Source: the human T2T-CHM13v2.0 reference genome, Homo sapiens
DNA length: 64,000 nucleotides
Assembly (NCBI RefSeq): GCF_009914755.1
Contig: NC_060927.1
Reading direction: 5' to 3' (one strand)
A program made the translations under genes and the position numbers. Under the pieces are notes generated by a model. It was given only the letters and a program-made list of their open reading frames with translations, searched no databases and had not been told where the DNA came from. Positions 1-13,438 of the stretch are shown here, one piece after another (positions within the stretch are counted from its first letter, which is position 1; every line of letters starts with the position of its first letter).

Positions 1-2290
1 ATTGCAATTATTGAAGTTTTCAACCTCAGAATTTTCATTTGGTTATTTCTAGTAACTTGTATGTCTTTAGAGGTATTCTCTATTTGATATATTGTCATCA
101 TGCCTTCCTTTACTTCTTTAATTATGCTTCCCCTTAGTTCTGTCAATGTATTTGTGATAACTACCTTAAAATCATTTTCTGTTAGTCTGACATTGAAACT
201 GCCTTTGCAAAAATCATAACTGAGAAAATTATGACACTGAACAATATCAGACCTAGCTGACCTCATCTTGCTTCTAACCTCTAAACTGTCCTTGTCCATT
301 CCTGGGCATAGGCCAAACTAACTTTGGAAAGGAATTTAGTGTATAGTTTATATAATAGCTCTTCCCAAAAGGCTAAACTGTTCTAGCAAAACAAATGAAA
401 GGCCACCAGCCACCAAGTCAAGATGAGAGGAGCTGAATTTTAAATATTACCAGCCATAATTCCAGAGGTCATGAGATTTGTAGCTTCCCCAGTTCCTCTT
501 CAAGGTAACATCACTATTGTGAACCTAAGATCGGCCTTTGGAGATGTCTTTTCAGGTTTTTGCATTTCTAACATCCAGATAGCTCCCCCGGACCTGCCAG
601 CCCGTTCTATGGCACCCACCCAGGAACTAACTTAGTAGAAGAGAACAGCTTTGACTCCCTATGAGTTCATCCCTGAGCCAAGCAGTCAGCACTCCTGATT
701 CACTGGCCCCCTACCCACCATATTATCCTTAAAAACTCTGATCCCCGAGTTTTCGGGGAGACTGATTTGAGTAATAATAAAACTCCAGTCTCCTGCACAG
801 CCGGCTCTGAGTGAATTACTCTTTCTCTATTGCAATTCCCCTGTCTTGATAAATCAACTCTGTCTAGGCAGAGGGCAAGGTGAACCCCTTGGGCAGTTAC
901 AACATCTGGTCACTCTGAAAGGCAGTTTGTCTTGTCTTCTTTTATTTAGGTGTATCATAGTTTTCTGTTTCTTTTCATGCCTTGTAATTTTTTATTAGAA
1001 ACTGGACACTTTAGATAATATATTGTAGCAATTCTGGGCACTGCCAGGCCTCTGGGGCTTATAATTATTATTTATTTGTTTATCTGTTGAGTGACTCCCT
1101 AGGTTTAGTTAAATCTAGCCTGTCAGCTCTATAGTGTTCAGCCTCTGATATTTGTGCTCAGGGAGATGGAACTTGGTCTATGTTCACAGTCGCCCTCGGG
1201 TAACAGTGGCACTTGCAGGACTCCTCTACTCTTTTCCTGACCATATCCAGCTGTTAATCTCTACTGACTTTCTCAGCAGTTACTTGCCCATTGAGAGTTC
1301 TATTGTTTTCAACAATGCCCTGAGGATAAATTCTTCTTCAAACCGGTCTAATCAACTTTCAGTTCCCTTGGCAGAACAGTTTCTGAGGTAAAAGTTTGAT
1401 ATTTGTCCTAACCCTAGAAATGTTCCTCCCAGCTGCCCTATTCCCTGGCTCTCTCCTGCAAAGTAGCTGGCTTATAGTCTAGGCTGTATCTCCATTAGAC
1501 CCATGGATCTCCTCCCAACTTTCTATTACTCCAACCTCTACTATCTGCAGAGTGGCCTTAGGTTTAAACTTCTCCACGTATCATTGCATCTAAAGTCAGT
1601 TTGGGGGAAGAGATTAGGCATGATCTGTCATATGGCTGGCTTCTTCTCCCAGGCAAAACCTCTGAGCCAGGGCTCTGGAAATGGAGGTGGAGACAATGGC
1701 AAGCTCTTTTCCGAGTGACACTCCACTCTAGAAGCTGACAGCTAAGTGGAAGGGGAAGAGATTCAATACTCTGGGGTCCTTTAGGCTTGTCACTTTTAGT
1801 GTGAAACTAGCACCTCACTAGCAGAGAGCTTCTGGGGGCTGCAGTATTTTAAGCATATCACACTCAAGGTAGAGTCTCAGATCCATGAGTGGAAATTGGG
1901 TGGAGAAATGGAGCCTCCACACAATCACACCAACTTGGGACTTAAGCTCAGCAATGGGCAGCTGAAGACAGAATGAGAAATTCCTGCTTCTCCCTGGAAG
2001 AAGCTCTCCAGCTGGGAGCTAAAAGGAGAGGGGGCTCTGTATTCTTGGTTGCAGAAATCTCCACCCGGCTTAGCTTGGAGGGGAAAGGAAAAAAGGAGTC
2101 TTTGTTCAGCTACCACAGACTCTCATCTTTCTTACTAAATGTTCATAGATGTTTCTTCATTTGCTATTTACCCTTCGACCATTTCCAGAGAGGCTTCAAA
2201 AGTTTGCTTTGTTTTTTAAAAAATAATTTTTGCAAGTTTTATTGGAAAACAGGTCACTGGAGCTTCTCATCCTACTGTGCCAGAAATCAG
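1..2290 (-). mobile_element. Old L1M LINE fragment (ORF1/5' region), interrupted by an LTR
   Basis: T-rich, decayed antisense L1 ORF1/5'-end-like text on both sides of the LTR at 194-901. Boundaries approximate. Confidence 0.55.
194..901 (+). mobile_element. Solo ERV1 LTR, LTR8-like
   Basis: Begins TGAAACTGCCTTTGCAAAA and ends GGGCAGTTACA, with an internal AATAAA. Perfect 4-bp TSD ACAT at 190-193 and 902-905. Confidence 0.85.
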
Positions 2291-2532
2291 TCTCCTCGAA
2301 GCACGTGTTAATGGATATACTTCACAGTGTTCTGAAACAAAAGTCGGAGATACCTCAGAAATGGACTTGAGTTTTATAATTTCATAATTTATCCTAGACC
2401 CAGGAAAATTCCAGTTTGACTATTGGCCAGCAGTAATCGATTTACATAACTAGGCTCAACGTGGGCAATTTGCATAATTTACAACAATAGAATACAGGTT
2501 ACTTGTAATCTAAGGAAGGACAAACCTCCTAC

Positions 2533-2846
2533 TGAGACAGTCAAGTAAAAAGGGGTCGCTGAAGAATCTCTGACTGGCATGCACACTGGGAAGATGGAGT
2601 GGAGCCTCTGAAAGTTTGTGCTGTTTGCAAGGTCGAGGAGCCTGGCCTCTCCTGTTCCTGCGTGGCAACCTGGGATTCAATCTGTGAGGTGAGAAACCTG
2701 CTAGCAGGACTCTATCTCACTTTGCTGATGGTTCCTGCTTCCCTTTTTTTTCCACCCAATAAATGCAGCCCTACTCACCCTACAATGTGTCTACGTGCCT
2801 AAATTATCCTGGTTGTGTGACAAGAACCTGGGTTTTTTCTACAACA
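2533..2846 (+). mobile_element. Solo ERV1 LTR, MER61-like
   Basis: TG...CA termini (TGAGACAG...CTACAACA), internal AATAAA, 4-bp TSD CTAC at 2529-2532 and 2847-2850. Confidence 0.8.
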
Positions 2847-3438
2847 CTACCATGTGAGTACAGAGGATGAAAAGGGCTGTCTTTCTTTCTCTTTGTAGAA
2901 TACAAATCCAATTAGTTCTTGACTGGTTATTTTAATTTGGTCTAGAAAAAGAAATGAGCCTCCAGATTTTATTTTAATCAATAAATTCAGCCTTTTTCTG
3001 ACTAAAATTTTTCTTCTCAGTTTTATTAAAAAGTAAGCAAAGTGAACAGGATTAATTTTGCAACTTCCCTGTAGTTGAAATGCTAATCCACAGTGAAATG
3101 TCTATGAAACAGAAGCCAAACCAGGTAATCTTCATATCAATTAGGATTAGTTGTAGTTGCATATAAGAGGAAAACCAAAATAGCATTTACTTAAACTCTC
3201 AGGATTTATTCTTCTAGCATAAAAGAAGGTAAAGTGGGTAGCAGTGCTGACATGAATGCTCCAAAAAAATAATTAGGAACTCAGGCTTTTTCTGTCTCTC
3301 TGCATAAGGTTGCTTCACGGTCCAATACAACTACCAGAGCTCTGCCTCCATGTTTGTATGTCACGTAAAAGAAATGAAGAAGCAGGAGGAAAGCAGGATG
3401 TCCCCCTCAGCTGCATCAACTCCCTTTTCTGTAAATAC

Positions 3439-4217
3439 TGATAGAGACAGGAGACAGGGACATATGGGTAGAAGAGGGCAGTTCCCCGGCAAAGGCCCCA
3501 CCCGCAAGCCTGGATACCTGGAGCCCTAAATAAGAACAGGTATTTCTGTTTTCATGCCCCAAAAGTTGCCTGTTGGCCTGCCACACCCCCTATCCTGCTC
3601 CCATATAAACCCCAAACTCCAGAGCAGACCAACAGATCAGCAGACCAGCAGACCAATGATGGCAGAATAATGTGGCAGAGAAAGAGAGAAGAGGAGGAAT
3701 GTCTGGACACCAAGGGGAGTTCAGCTGGGGGCGGTTGGAGAAGAGTCCAGCTGCTGGGTGTCCTGACTCCAGGGAAAGATCACCTTCCTACTCCATCCCC
3801 GCTGCTGGCTCCCCAACCATCTCGCTGAGAGCGACCTCCACCACTCAATAAAACCTTGCACTCATCCTTTGAGCCTGTGTGTGATCCGATTCTTCTGGGA
3901 CACTGGGCAAGAGCTTAGGACACAGAAGGCTGTCACACTGGCCCTTTGCCCTTACGATAAGGCAGAGAGTCCATTGAGCTGATTAACACTCAAGCCATCT
4001 GCAGATGGCAAAGCTGAAAGAGCTTTGTAACACTGGGGTTGCAGCACCCTGCCCTAGACACTACCCCAGGGCCGAGAGCCCAAAGCACTTATCCCGGCCT
4101 CTGCACCTGCCCGTCTGCATGCTCCTTCTAGGTGTCTGAGCTGTGGGATGACACAAACAGGTGAGCCACACCCCTGGTGCGTCTTGTGAGAGGAAATCAG
4201 GGAACTCTCCCATTTCA
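3439..4217 (+). mobile_element. Solo ERV1 LTR, MER50-like, nested in an older MaLR/LTR33-like LTR (~3140-4340)
   Basis: TGATAGAGACAGGAGACAGGG...CCCATTTCA, TATA-like CATATAAA, AATAAA, 4-bp TSD ATAC at 3435-3438 and 4218-4221. Confidence 0.8.
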
Positions 4218-5339
4218 ATACCACAAGATTATTCTATGGTCATGCTTCCATTTTCATCTTATTGCCTGAAACATAGTCACATAATCACAGATAACATTAC
4301 AGGAGGTTGGTAAACGTAAGTTTCAGATGTGCACATTGCCAGTTCAAGTAAAAGTGGAGAAAGAAGTAGAGAAAGCCTTTTGCTTGGGCAATTACCCATT
4401 ATAAAAACAATGTGAGAAATAATCATCCACACCCCTGCTTCCTCCCACCTCAATCTATTGAAGTTGAGTGTACAGAGAAACCATGCAGAGTAAAATGTAT
4501 ACCTGACCTGACACTTTTAACCCAAATACCTCTCTCAACAATCCTAAGAGAAATTTTAGCTGTTAGTGGACCTCACAAAGTCAGGGACCTGACTGGAGAG
4601 TTAGGCATCCAGGTTGTGGAGTCAGGCTCTGCACACTTAAGCATTGTGACTTCATTTTTCTCAACTGTAAAATACAGCTATCAAGCGAACCTTCCTCAAA
4701 GGATTGGTGTGGGTTAAGAGAATGCAGGACAATTGTTAACGATTGTGCCTAGTATATAGTGACCATTCTGTAGGAGTTAGCTGTTATTATTACTCTCTAC
4801 AGCAGCTTTCCTTTTAAACACTTTTAAACACTTCAACCAAAATAGACTTATCATTCTATTCTAAGCAGAATAAGACTATATGTCCTTTTGTATGTCTAAT
4901 AACATAGAGCAACACCATTGCTCTAAGGATATAACCAGGATTTTCCATGCAGGTTAGTGAGTCACCTCTCTGATAGGTGCACAGATATCTGTAGACATGG
5001 CTTTTATTTGCCTTGTAGTCAATGCCCAGGTCCCATGTAGCTAAACTGAGTCTGGACATGTGGCCTCACAAATAAATGCTACCAATGGTGACAACTGGTC
5101 AATGTGCTTTGAATAGGCACAGTGTAGGAAAGGTTCCAGGTTACTGGTGGTAGAGGTTGGTCTTTCACTTGCATTTTAAAATGTGTCTCAGGCATTGTAC
5201 TCAACTTGATATTGCTGAATAAATAAGTGTCTGTATTTCAGGCATTGTATTTAATTTGACCTTCCTGAGGAAAACAGACAATGCAGGGTTAAGATATAAA
5301 CAATACTATATTATAACTCTCTGTCCCTCTGGTGAATTT

Positions 5340-5550
5340 TCTATTTCGTAAAGTGATTTCAAGTTCTTTATATCCTCTGAATTTCGTAAGAATCCAGTAA
5401 GGTCAGCAGAGCAGGAGAAAGGATTGTTTTCCATATTTTGCACATGAGGAAACAGACTCAGTTCCTATAGGAAGTCATATGAATTTCAACCACAGAGCCA
5501 AGACTAGAATTCAGGCCTTCTGACTACAAGCTGGTTTCTATTCAGCTCCA
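5340..5550. mobile_element. MIR SINE fragment (other MIR fragments near 4600-4790, 7420-7640, 13470-13650, 17040-17150, 19010-19180, 28965-29120, 59770-60010)
   Basis: MIR core-like text such as CATATTTTGCACATGAGGAAACAGACTCAG. Boundaries approximate. Confidence 0.6.
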
Positions 5551-8500
5551 CCAGAAAGCAAATCAGCAGGGAGGCTGCTGAATAGCTTCTGAGTTATCAG
5601 AAAGCTGAATTTGCTAGCAGCTTCTGGAACAGCAGTGACGACAGCAGGTAAGGCAGGGCAGCTGTTTTTATAAGGTTATAATTTTGTGTTAGGAGCTTCC
5701 ATAGATCGTCCTTCATTTACTCTCAAGGAGTCACTGGGATGTACCTTACTTTCATTTATATCTGAGGTCTTGCAGGGATGCAGTATCAGAGTAGTGAGAA
5801 CTCCCACTTGTGATTAGCAAAATGACTCCCTGGTGAGAACAATAATATAAAGGGGGATAGAAAATGAAAGAGAGGCGAACTTGTTCATTTTTTCATTCCT
5901 CTGTGACTGCATACACCTGCAGTTCTGAGTTAGGTATTATCAACAGAAATGTGAATAATATCCAGGCTTGATACTGAGGAGTTTACAGTCTACTGCAGGA
6001 AAGAGAAAAGCATCTACGATAAACATTATCTTAGAAAGTTCTGAAAGAAACACAATGAGAAAAAAGAAGGGGGAAATGCTGCTTCATTTTTGGAGTGGTT
6101 TGAACTAGGCCTTGAAATCTAGGAGCATTTACCATTGAAACAGGAGGCGTTAAGGGCATAATGGACATGGAGACAAGATGCCATCTGTCATGCTCAGGGA
6201 ATTTTAAGTAGTTCAATGTGGCTAGAACATATGGTATAGGGACTGGGGCTGGTTGAGTCAGACAGGGAGGTGGAGACGGGAGATGAAGCCTGCAAGGTAT
6301 AATGGGTACCTGATATCCACATTAAAACGAAGGGCTGAGAAATTTACACTTCATCTTACAGGTGCTAGAGAAGGGTTTAATCAGAGGAGTGACATGATCA
6401 GATCAGTGTTAGAAACTTCTGGTGGTCCGGTGGAGGTTGAAATGGGGTGGGCAGGGAAAGTAACTCAGCAGGAAAATGAACACTTTGCTGGTAGTGGAGA
6501 TTTTTTCTTTTTCTTTTTTACAGTTCCTTTCCCTTAAACTTGCTTCTCTTCTTTTATGCATTTTTTCAGTAGTTTTCAGGCACTCTGGAGTTATTAGTAC
6601 TATTTCCAACTAGCCCAGGAGTTACCTCAAATGGCCAACCTGTATATTCATGAGACACCATGTTAATTCCATTAGACGGTCATTAAAAGAGATCTGAAGA
6701 GTCCTGAGGCACGCTGCAAAGTCCCTCACGCAAACACGGAGAGGCTGCTGTGCTGCAGCCATGCCATGGAGCCACAGCACGTCCAGGCATGTCTTTGCCT
6801 TTAGGTCCATCACAGGCCAGTTTGCCTCAGATAACCTCACTGTGCTTTATATACAAAATTCCAGGCTCTGTCTTCTAAGCTTCCAAGTGTTAGCTGGATT
6901 AGACAGATACTGCGAATCAGTAGCTCAAGGATTCTTGACATTTCTTATAGCAATAAGCCACAGGGAATGGCATCACTATTCAAAGTTTAACATTAAGAAG
7001 CTGAGCTTGGGGAAGCCCTAGGAAGAGTAAAGATTAGTTATCTGCTTTAAAAAAAAAAAAAGAGGACGGAGGCTGTTCTAGTCAGCTTAGAGGGCACTGG
7101 TTCAACTGGCTCTATGGTCCTAATGGAATCAATATTCAGGCAGAGAAAAAAGGTCACTTGGTTTCTCTCTCTTTTTTTTTTTTATAGTCTGAGCAAGAGA
7201 ATAATGGGAAGGTGTGATCCACTTTATATGAGGCAATGTCTTTTATATCTTTTGAAATAAATATCATGCTACAATTTCTTATTAACAGGTTTGCAATTCT
7301 TTTTTACTTAGAAATGAAATATTTGTTCCCCCTATATTCTTAAATCTACTTTGTCAAAGATTTATTTCCACCATATTCTTCCAAGTTTCTTGGAATGATC
7401 ACATTTCGACTTGGGTAGAAACAATAATAGCTAACACTTACATAGTATTTTCCAGGCATTGTTCTAAGTATTTATTATTTATTAAGTTGTTTAATCCTCA
7501 CGTTAACCTAAAGAGGTAGGTCTTCATAGGAGGTGATGGGAAAATAGGAGAATAAAGAGGTTAAGTAATCTGCCAGCATCACACTTCTACACATGGCAAG
7601 GCTGGAATATAAAACCAGGTAGTCAGTCCTGCTTACCTCTTAGGGAACATCCCAGCCAAGAGTTCATCCATGGCAAGTACAATAATTTTGTTGAGAATCA
7701 AATTATCTCAAGGGCAATGTGTTCACTTTTCATGGTCAAGCTCTTCTTCTTTTTTGATAATTTAACAGAAAGAACTGGAAGCCATTTTCTAATGGATTGG
7801 AGAACCTGCCAATTCAATACTATGATGCATTACATGTGAACTTGGGGCAACAGGCCTGTGTCCCTATCCCAGATGCTGCATTTGACAAAGGATTTCACAG
7901 CCAGTGGTGATTTTAATGAATCCTATCTCACCTGTTTCTCATTCATGCTTTTTTGCAAAATATATCTGAGTGAGTAAGTATTCAAATGTAATTCATTTTA
8001 AAATGGCTGCCTCATATGTCATCATGTCATTATAAAATGTGAAAAGCTCTTTTTCACTTTAAATAGTCACAGGAGAAAACAGTAGCATTACAAAATATCT
8101 GTGTGATCACACAATGCAGAGCTTACATGACAGTCGGGTAGGGCAAGCATCTATGTCTTAAGGTCCAAGCTTTCACACCCTCTGATTCTAGGACTCTGGG
8201 ATTCTGAGTCATTATTTTCTTTTGGGCCAGAAAATTGGAATCATGGGACACAAAATATTTGAAATTACAAGGTAAAGAGGGTCTCTTCACTTCCTCTCTC
8301 TCTACCCTGGAGTCCTGTACAGGTTGCTTTCTTGCCTAGTGACCCACATATCAGGCCTGAAATACATGCCTTCACTCATGATTGATGTATTAGGCTATGG
8401 ATAGCTCAGGGAAGACATGAAAAAGGGAGCTTATTTGGACATCTAAATCCTAGTGTCTTTTCTAGACTCCCTTAGAACTTGGAGGACACTGTCGTGGGCC

Positions 8501-9585
8501 ACACCATCAACCTGCCAAAAATCAAGCTTTTGTGAATTATTCAAAAGGAAAAGTAAATTGCTAGGTAACACTCTAAGTGTCTGATTTACAAATGTTACAT
8601 AAAAACCAAGTCTTGGCACTTTTGCAAAGCATAAATTGGGATATAAAATCAAGTATGACAGTACTCCCTCCGGCCTGCTCTCACTCCCAACCCCACTCCC
8701 ACCCACACACCTGCACTGGTCTCTCAGCCAACTTTCTCTCAGCTTCTCTCCGTCTGTCCCAATCTGAAGTTGCATAGCTTTGGCCATTTTTCCTCATTTG
8801 CCTTCTATCTTATATACCCTTCTATCAACCTTCCCTAATTATAAAATTATATACATAATTTTTCCACATAATTATTTGAAAATGTTTTCCTTTAACAAAA
8901 TAGTAATTAAATTGGAATGATAAGTCATATAAATGGTTACATATTCAGGATATAAAGGGTGGAAAAAATAGGGGCACTCCACAGTGAAAACACTCAGTTG
9001 AGTGCTTTTAAATCTCATGGTTTACCAAATCTCTAATCAGCCATGTGATATGCATAAGGTGTCCTAATTATGGCATTTTATTGGGATGGTGCTGTTATTA
9101 ATCATACTATTTTATCTTGTCTGTCTCCTTTGCTAAAGTTTAGAAAAATCAAATACTTTCCTAACCTCTCTTGCAAATAAAGGTAGCCCTTGACCCAGGT
9201 CTTTAAAGAATAAATTTTTTGTTTTTAATTGACACATACTAATTGTATGTATTTATGAGAGAAAGTGTAATGTATCAATATAGTTATACATTGTGTAATA
9301 ATCAAATCAGGGAACTTATCATTTCTTTGTGATGAGAACATTCAAAATCCTCTTTTCTAGCCATTTAAAAATATATACATTTTAAAAAATATTTAAAATG
9401 TACATTTTAAATATAACTACAATATTGTTAACCATAGTTGCCCTACTGTACAATAGAACAGAAGAGCTTCTTCCTCCTCTCCACCCATATGACCTAGTTC
9501 TAATCAAGAAAATGTAAAGGGAAATCTGATAGAAGATTCTCAGGGAGGTATTTGTCTCCCTGTTAAAAGTACTGGAGGAAAAGCC

Positions 9586-9775
9586 TTTTTTTTCGGTAGG
9601 CTCCAGATGTTCCAGTGGATAACCTCAAGGTGCATGGCGCCAGGGAGTGACTGCCCTCAGTGTACCTTCTGGCAGCAGGAGCAGAAGCGAGTTTGTCCAC
9701 ATCCTGCATTCATGATAAACAGTTTGCTGTTTGATCATATAGCCTCCAGTGGAATGCTGAGTTGGTCACCACCCT
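9586..9775 (-). other. Short poly(A)-tailed, hairpin-rich insertion within an MLT1-type LTR remnant; probable retrocopy of an ERV-internal-like structured RNA
   Basis: T8 at 9586-9593 followed by ~180 nt unrelated to the flanking MLT1-like text. Strong inverted repeats at 9706-9757. Family identity is from recollection only. Confidence 0.45.
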
Positions 9776-10488
9776 CAGGCTTTCAGCTCCCAACACCACT
9801 GCTTCCTATTTCTGCAGGTGGTTGTATGGTGGAGCTGCAGCAGCCACCCGGAAGCAAGGAGAAGAAGGTCAAGGGACACTGACAGAAGCACTTGATATCC
9901 TCCAGGTGTTGAAGTATTCATTCAACAACTAGTTATTGGATGCTTATTACATTCCATGCACTGCACTAGTGCTAGGAATTCAAATGTAAAAACAATGCCC
10001 CTGTTTTCAGGGAGCTTACATTTTAATAGGGAGCAAGACAGCCAATAATAAATATATATCAGGTAGAGTTTAGAGCTATTGTTAAAACAATGAAGCAGGG
10101 TAAGGGAGCTGAAAAGTGATGGGGTGATATTGTATATAGGTTTATAAAGGAATATCTAACTGATAAAATCACATTTGAGAGACATAAAGAAAATGAGAGA
10201 GTAAATCATGCAGATATTGGAGAGGGGAGCAGAATGCTCCAGGAAGAGGATACAGCATATGCAAAGACCCTGAAGGAAGGCACGACTCAGCATATTCAAG
10301 AAGTAGCAAGAAGACCAGAGTGGCAAGTACTGAGTGAACAACAGGGAAAATGAAGGGAATGAGATTAGAGTTCACCAAGGTTCAGATCTTCTAGAGGCCT
10401 GGAAGCTATAGTAATGATTTTAGATTTTATTTTGAAAGACATACGAAATTATTGGAAGATTTTGAGCAGGGGAGCAACATGCTATACA

Positions 10489-10781
<293 letters not shown>

Positions 10782-11580
10782 CATGCTATAAAATTTTAAC
10801 AGAACCTTTCTGGCTGCTGGATATAGAAAATGTTAAATGAGAACAAGGAAGAAAACAGATAAGCTAGAAAAATGTTACTAAAAGAAGAGTTTCTGGACAC
10901 AAGTGGAAGTGATGGAGGTAGGGAGAAAGGCTGGATTCTAGATATATTTTAAAGGTTAAAGCAACAAGTTTTTCTGAGGGATTTGATGCAAAGTATCAAT
11001 CCAGCAAGGGCCTATCTTCAGACTTCTTAATATATGAGAAAAATAAACCTCTGTTGTTTAAGCCACTATTATTAATGTGGTCTTCTCTTACTTGCAGCTG
11101 AAAGTATTCCTAATACAACTGGAAGCAAACTATTATTTCTTCAATGTGCTCTCTTTTTTTTCCCCCAGTCTTATGAGTTAAAACTAAATCACCAGAGTCT
11201 TGGATCATTACAAACTCTTGCACGAGGGTTTATCTACATAATTTACTTAATTATTAAACTCCATTAAAAATACATTAGAATAAACAAATATTGAGGCCCA
11301 GAGAGCTCAAAAACAAACAAACAAACAAACAACAACAACAAAACAAGGTTGATTTGCTTACTTGGATTTTGCCGGAGAATTGCATGGGAGAAAAGAAGAG
11401 AAACCTGGTCCACAAAAAGAAGATAACTTAAAGCACTTCTTTTAGGTGAAAACAATCAGTGTGAACTAATCTCATTGTTTCTGGTGAAAAGTATGGCAAG
11501 TCAGTTGCAAGACTGAGAAACTCTGGCATATACTAAATGATTTTTAAAAAGAGACCCCTTTTGAATGCTCTGGATAATAG

Positions 11581-11772
11581 CAGTGCTGTCCAGTAGAAAT
11601 ATAATGCTAGCCACATATATATTTTAAAATATTTTAGTAAGCATATTAAAACAATTTTTAAAACAGCTGAAATTAGCATTTACTATTCAAATCAATATAT
11701 TCAAATATTATTTCACGTGAGCCCCTAAGTGTTCAGTAATCACATGTGGCTAATGGCTCTCCTATTGAACAG
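11581..11772. mobile_element. MER3/MER33-like hAT-Charlie non-autonomous DNA transposon
   Basis: CAGTGCTGTCCAGTAGAAATATAATGCTAGCCACAT... with an inverted partner CACATGTGGCTAATGGC...TATTGAACAG. Confidence 0.7.
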
Positions 11773-13133
11773 TCCATCTTTAGAAGACCAAACACAAAAA
11801 AAAACTTTAAAGGAAAACTGTGGGAATAAAACATGAAGTACGTTTAAGAACTCAATAATTTTACCTCTGTTTCAACCCAAACACAGACCATTTCCAAGTT
11901 ATTAAAGTTTAGAATAAGATTTGAGAAAGAATCCAGGACTTGGCAATGGAAGAGAATGTGGGCATAATAGTACTCATTGAGATTGATGTAAGGATTAAAC
12001 GAGATGAGATGTATGTTTTAATAAAAGAATGCCATATGAATATGCCTTTATGAAATAGCATTACTTCTTTATTTTATTAGAGTATCAGTCTGTGGTTAAA
12101 TAAACACTTCAGATATTTGTAGGCGATTCTTTCCCCCAAATATCATCATGCTCTTTGCTTTCACAATCATTATACGTTACGAAACACTGATAAGAAACAT
12201 ATTTAAATACCCAGGAATAATCAGTTTGGAAAAAACTGGGGGCATTCTCTCCTAACATCCAAGAAATATCTTTCTTTGCACACATGGAAAATCTACTAGA
12301 GAGTTTTTGACTATGGCTACAAATGTGTGGGAAAGGGAAATGCTGATGACTTTTCAAGGCTTTCCTGACTAAAAAATCTGACACTGTAAAAAAAGGACAC
12401 TGTATTCTGAAAGGTACAAGTACATATAAATAAATAAACATGTTTTTTTTTTCTCAGTAATATCTGAGACTTCTGAATTCCTCTGTAATTACATTTAGCA
12501 GGGGAAAAACAACCTCATCCATGCCTGTGCATAGCAGCTCCCAGCAATCTGTCGGCTTTTCACAGCATAGTAACCCACTGATCGCTGTCTTAGCTCTTCA
12601 ATAAATACCGCAGGCCGTGTGTGTGTGCTTACAGAACTTCACAGGTTTCCATGGATACATGAATTTTAGTGCTAAAGCACATTTACTATCACTTTTCTTG
12701 TCACCAAGAATCCTGTAAACACTTGTGCTTTAAGCTTTTGTGCAGAAATTTAGCATTTCGTAGAGGACAAGTCAGAATTACCTTTTTCCAAATGCATTGT
12801 ATGATTTTCCTGTAGGGCGAAATCCCCAAAATCATTGATATTTGTGGCCTGTTTTTAGTCATGCACTTTTATTTATTAAACCAATAAAAGATAATAAAGG
12901 TTTAACTACATTGTCAGTACCACTTTTAAATGACAGAAATGTATACTATTTAAATGTTACAATTAATAAATGAGATAACTTCCTCTGAATTTAAAATGCA
13001 AAGAGAGAAATAGGAAATGCAGAAGTAGGAATATTATGTTGATATTTAGCCACTTCCTAAATATGGTGAAATTTAAGAATAATTTTCAAGTATATTTTTG
13101 TGTCATACCCATAGCTTAAATTTAATCTTTCTT

Positions 13134-13438
<305 letters not shown>

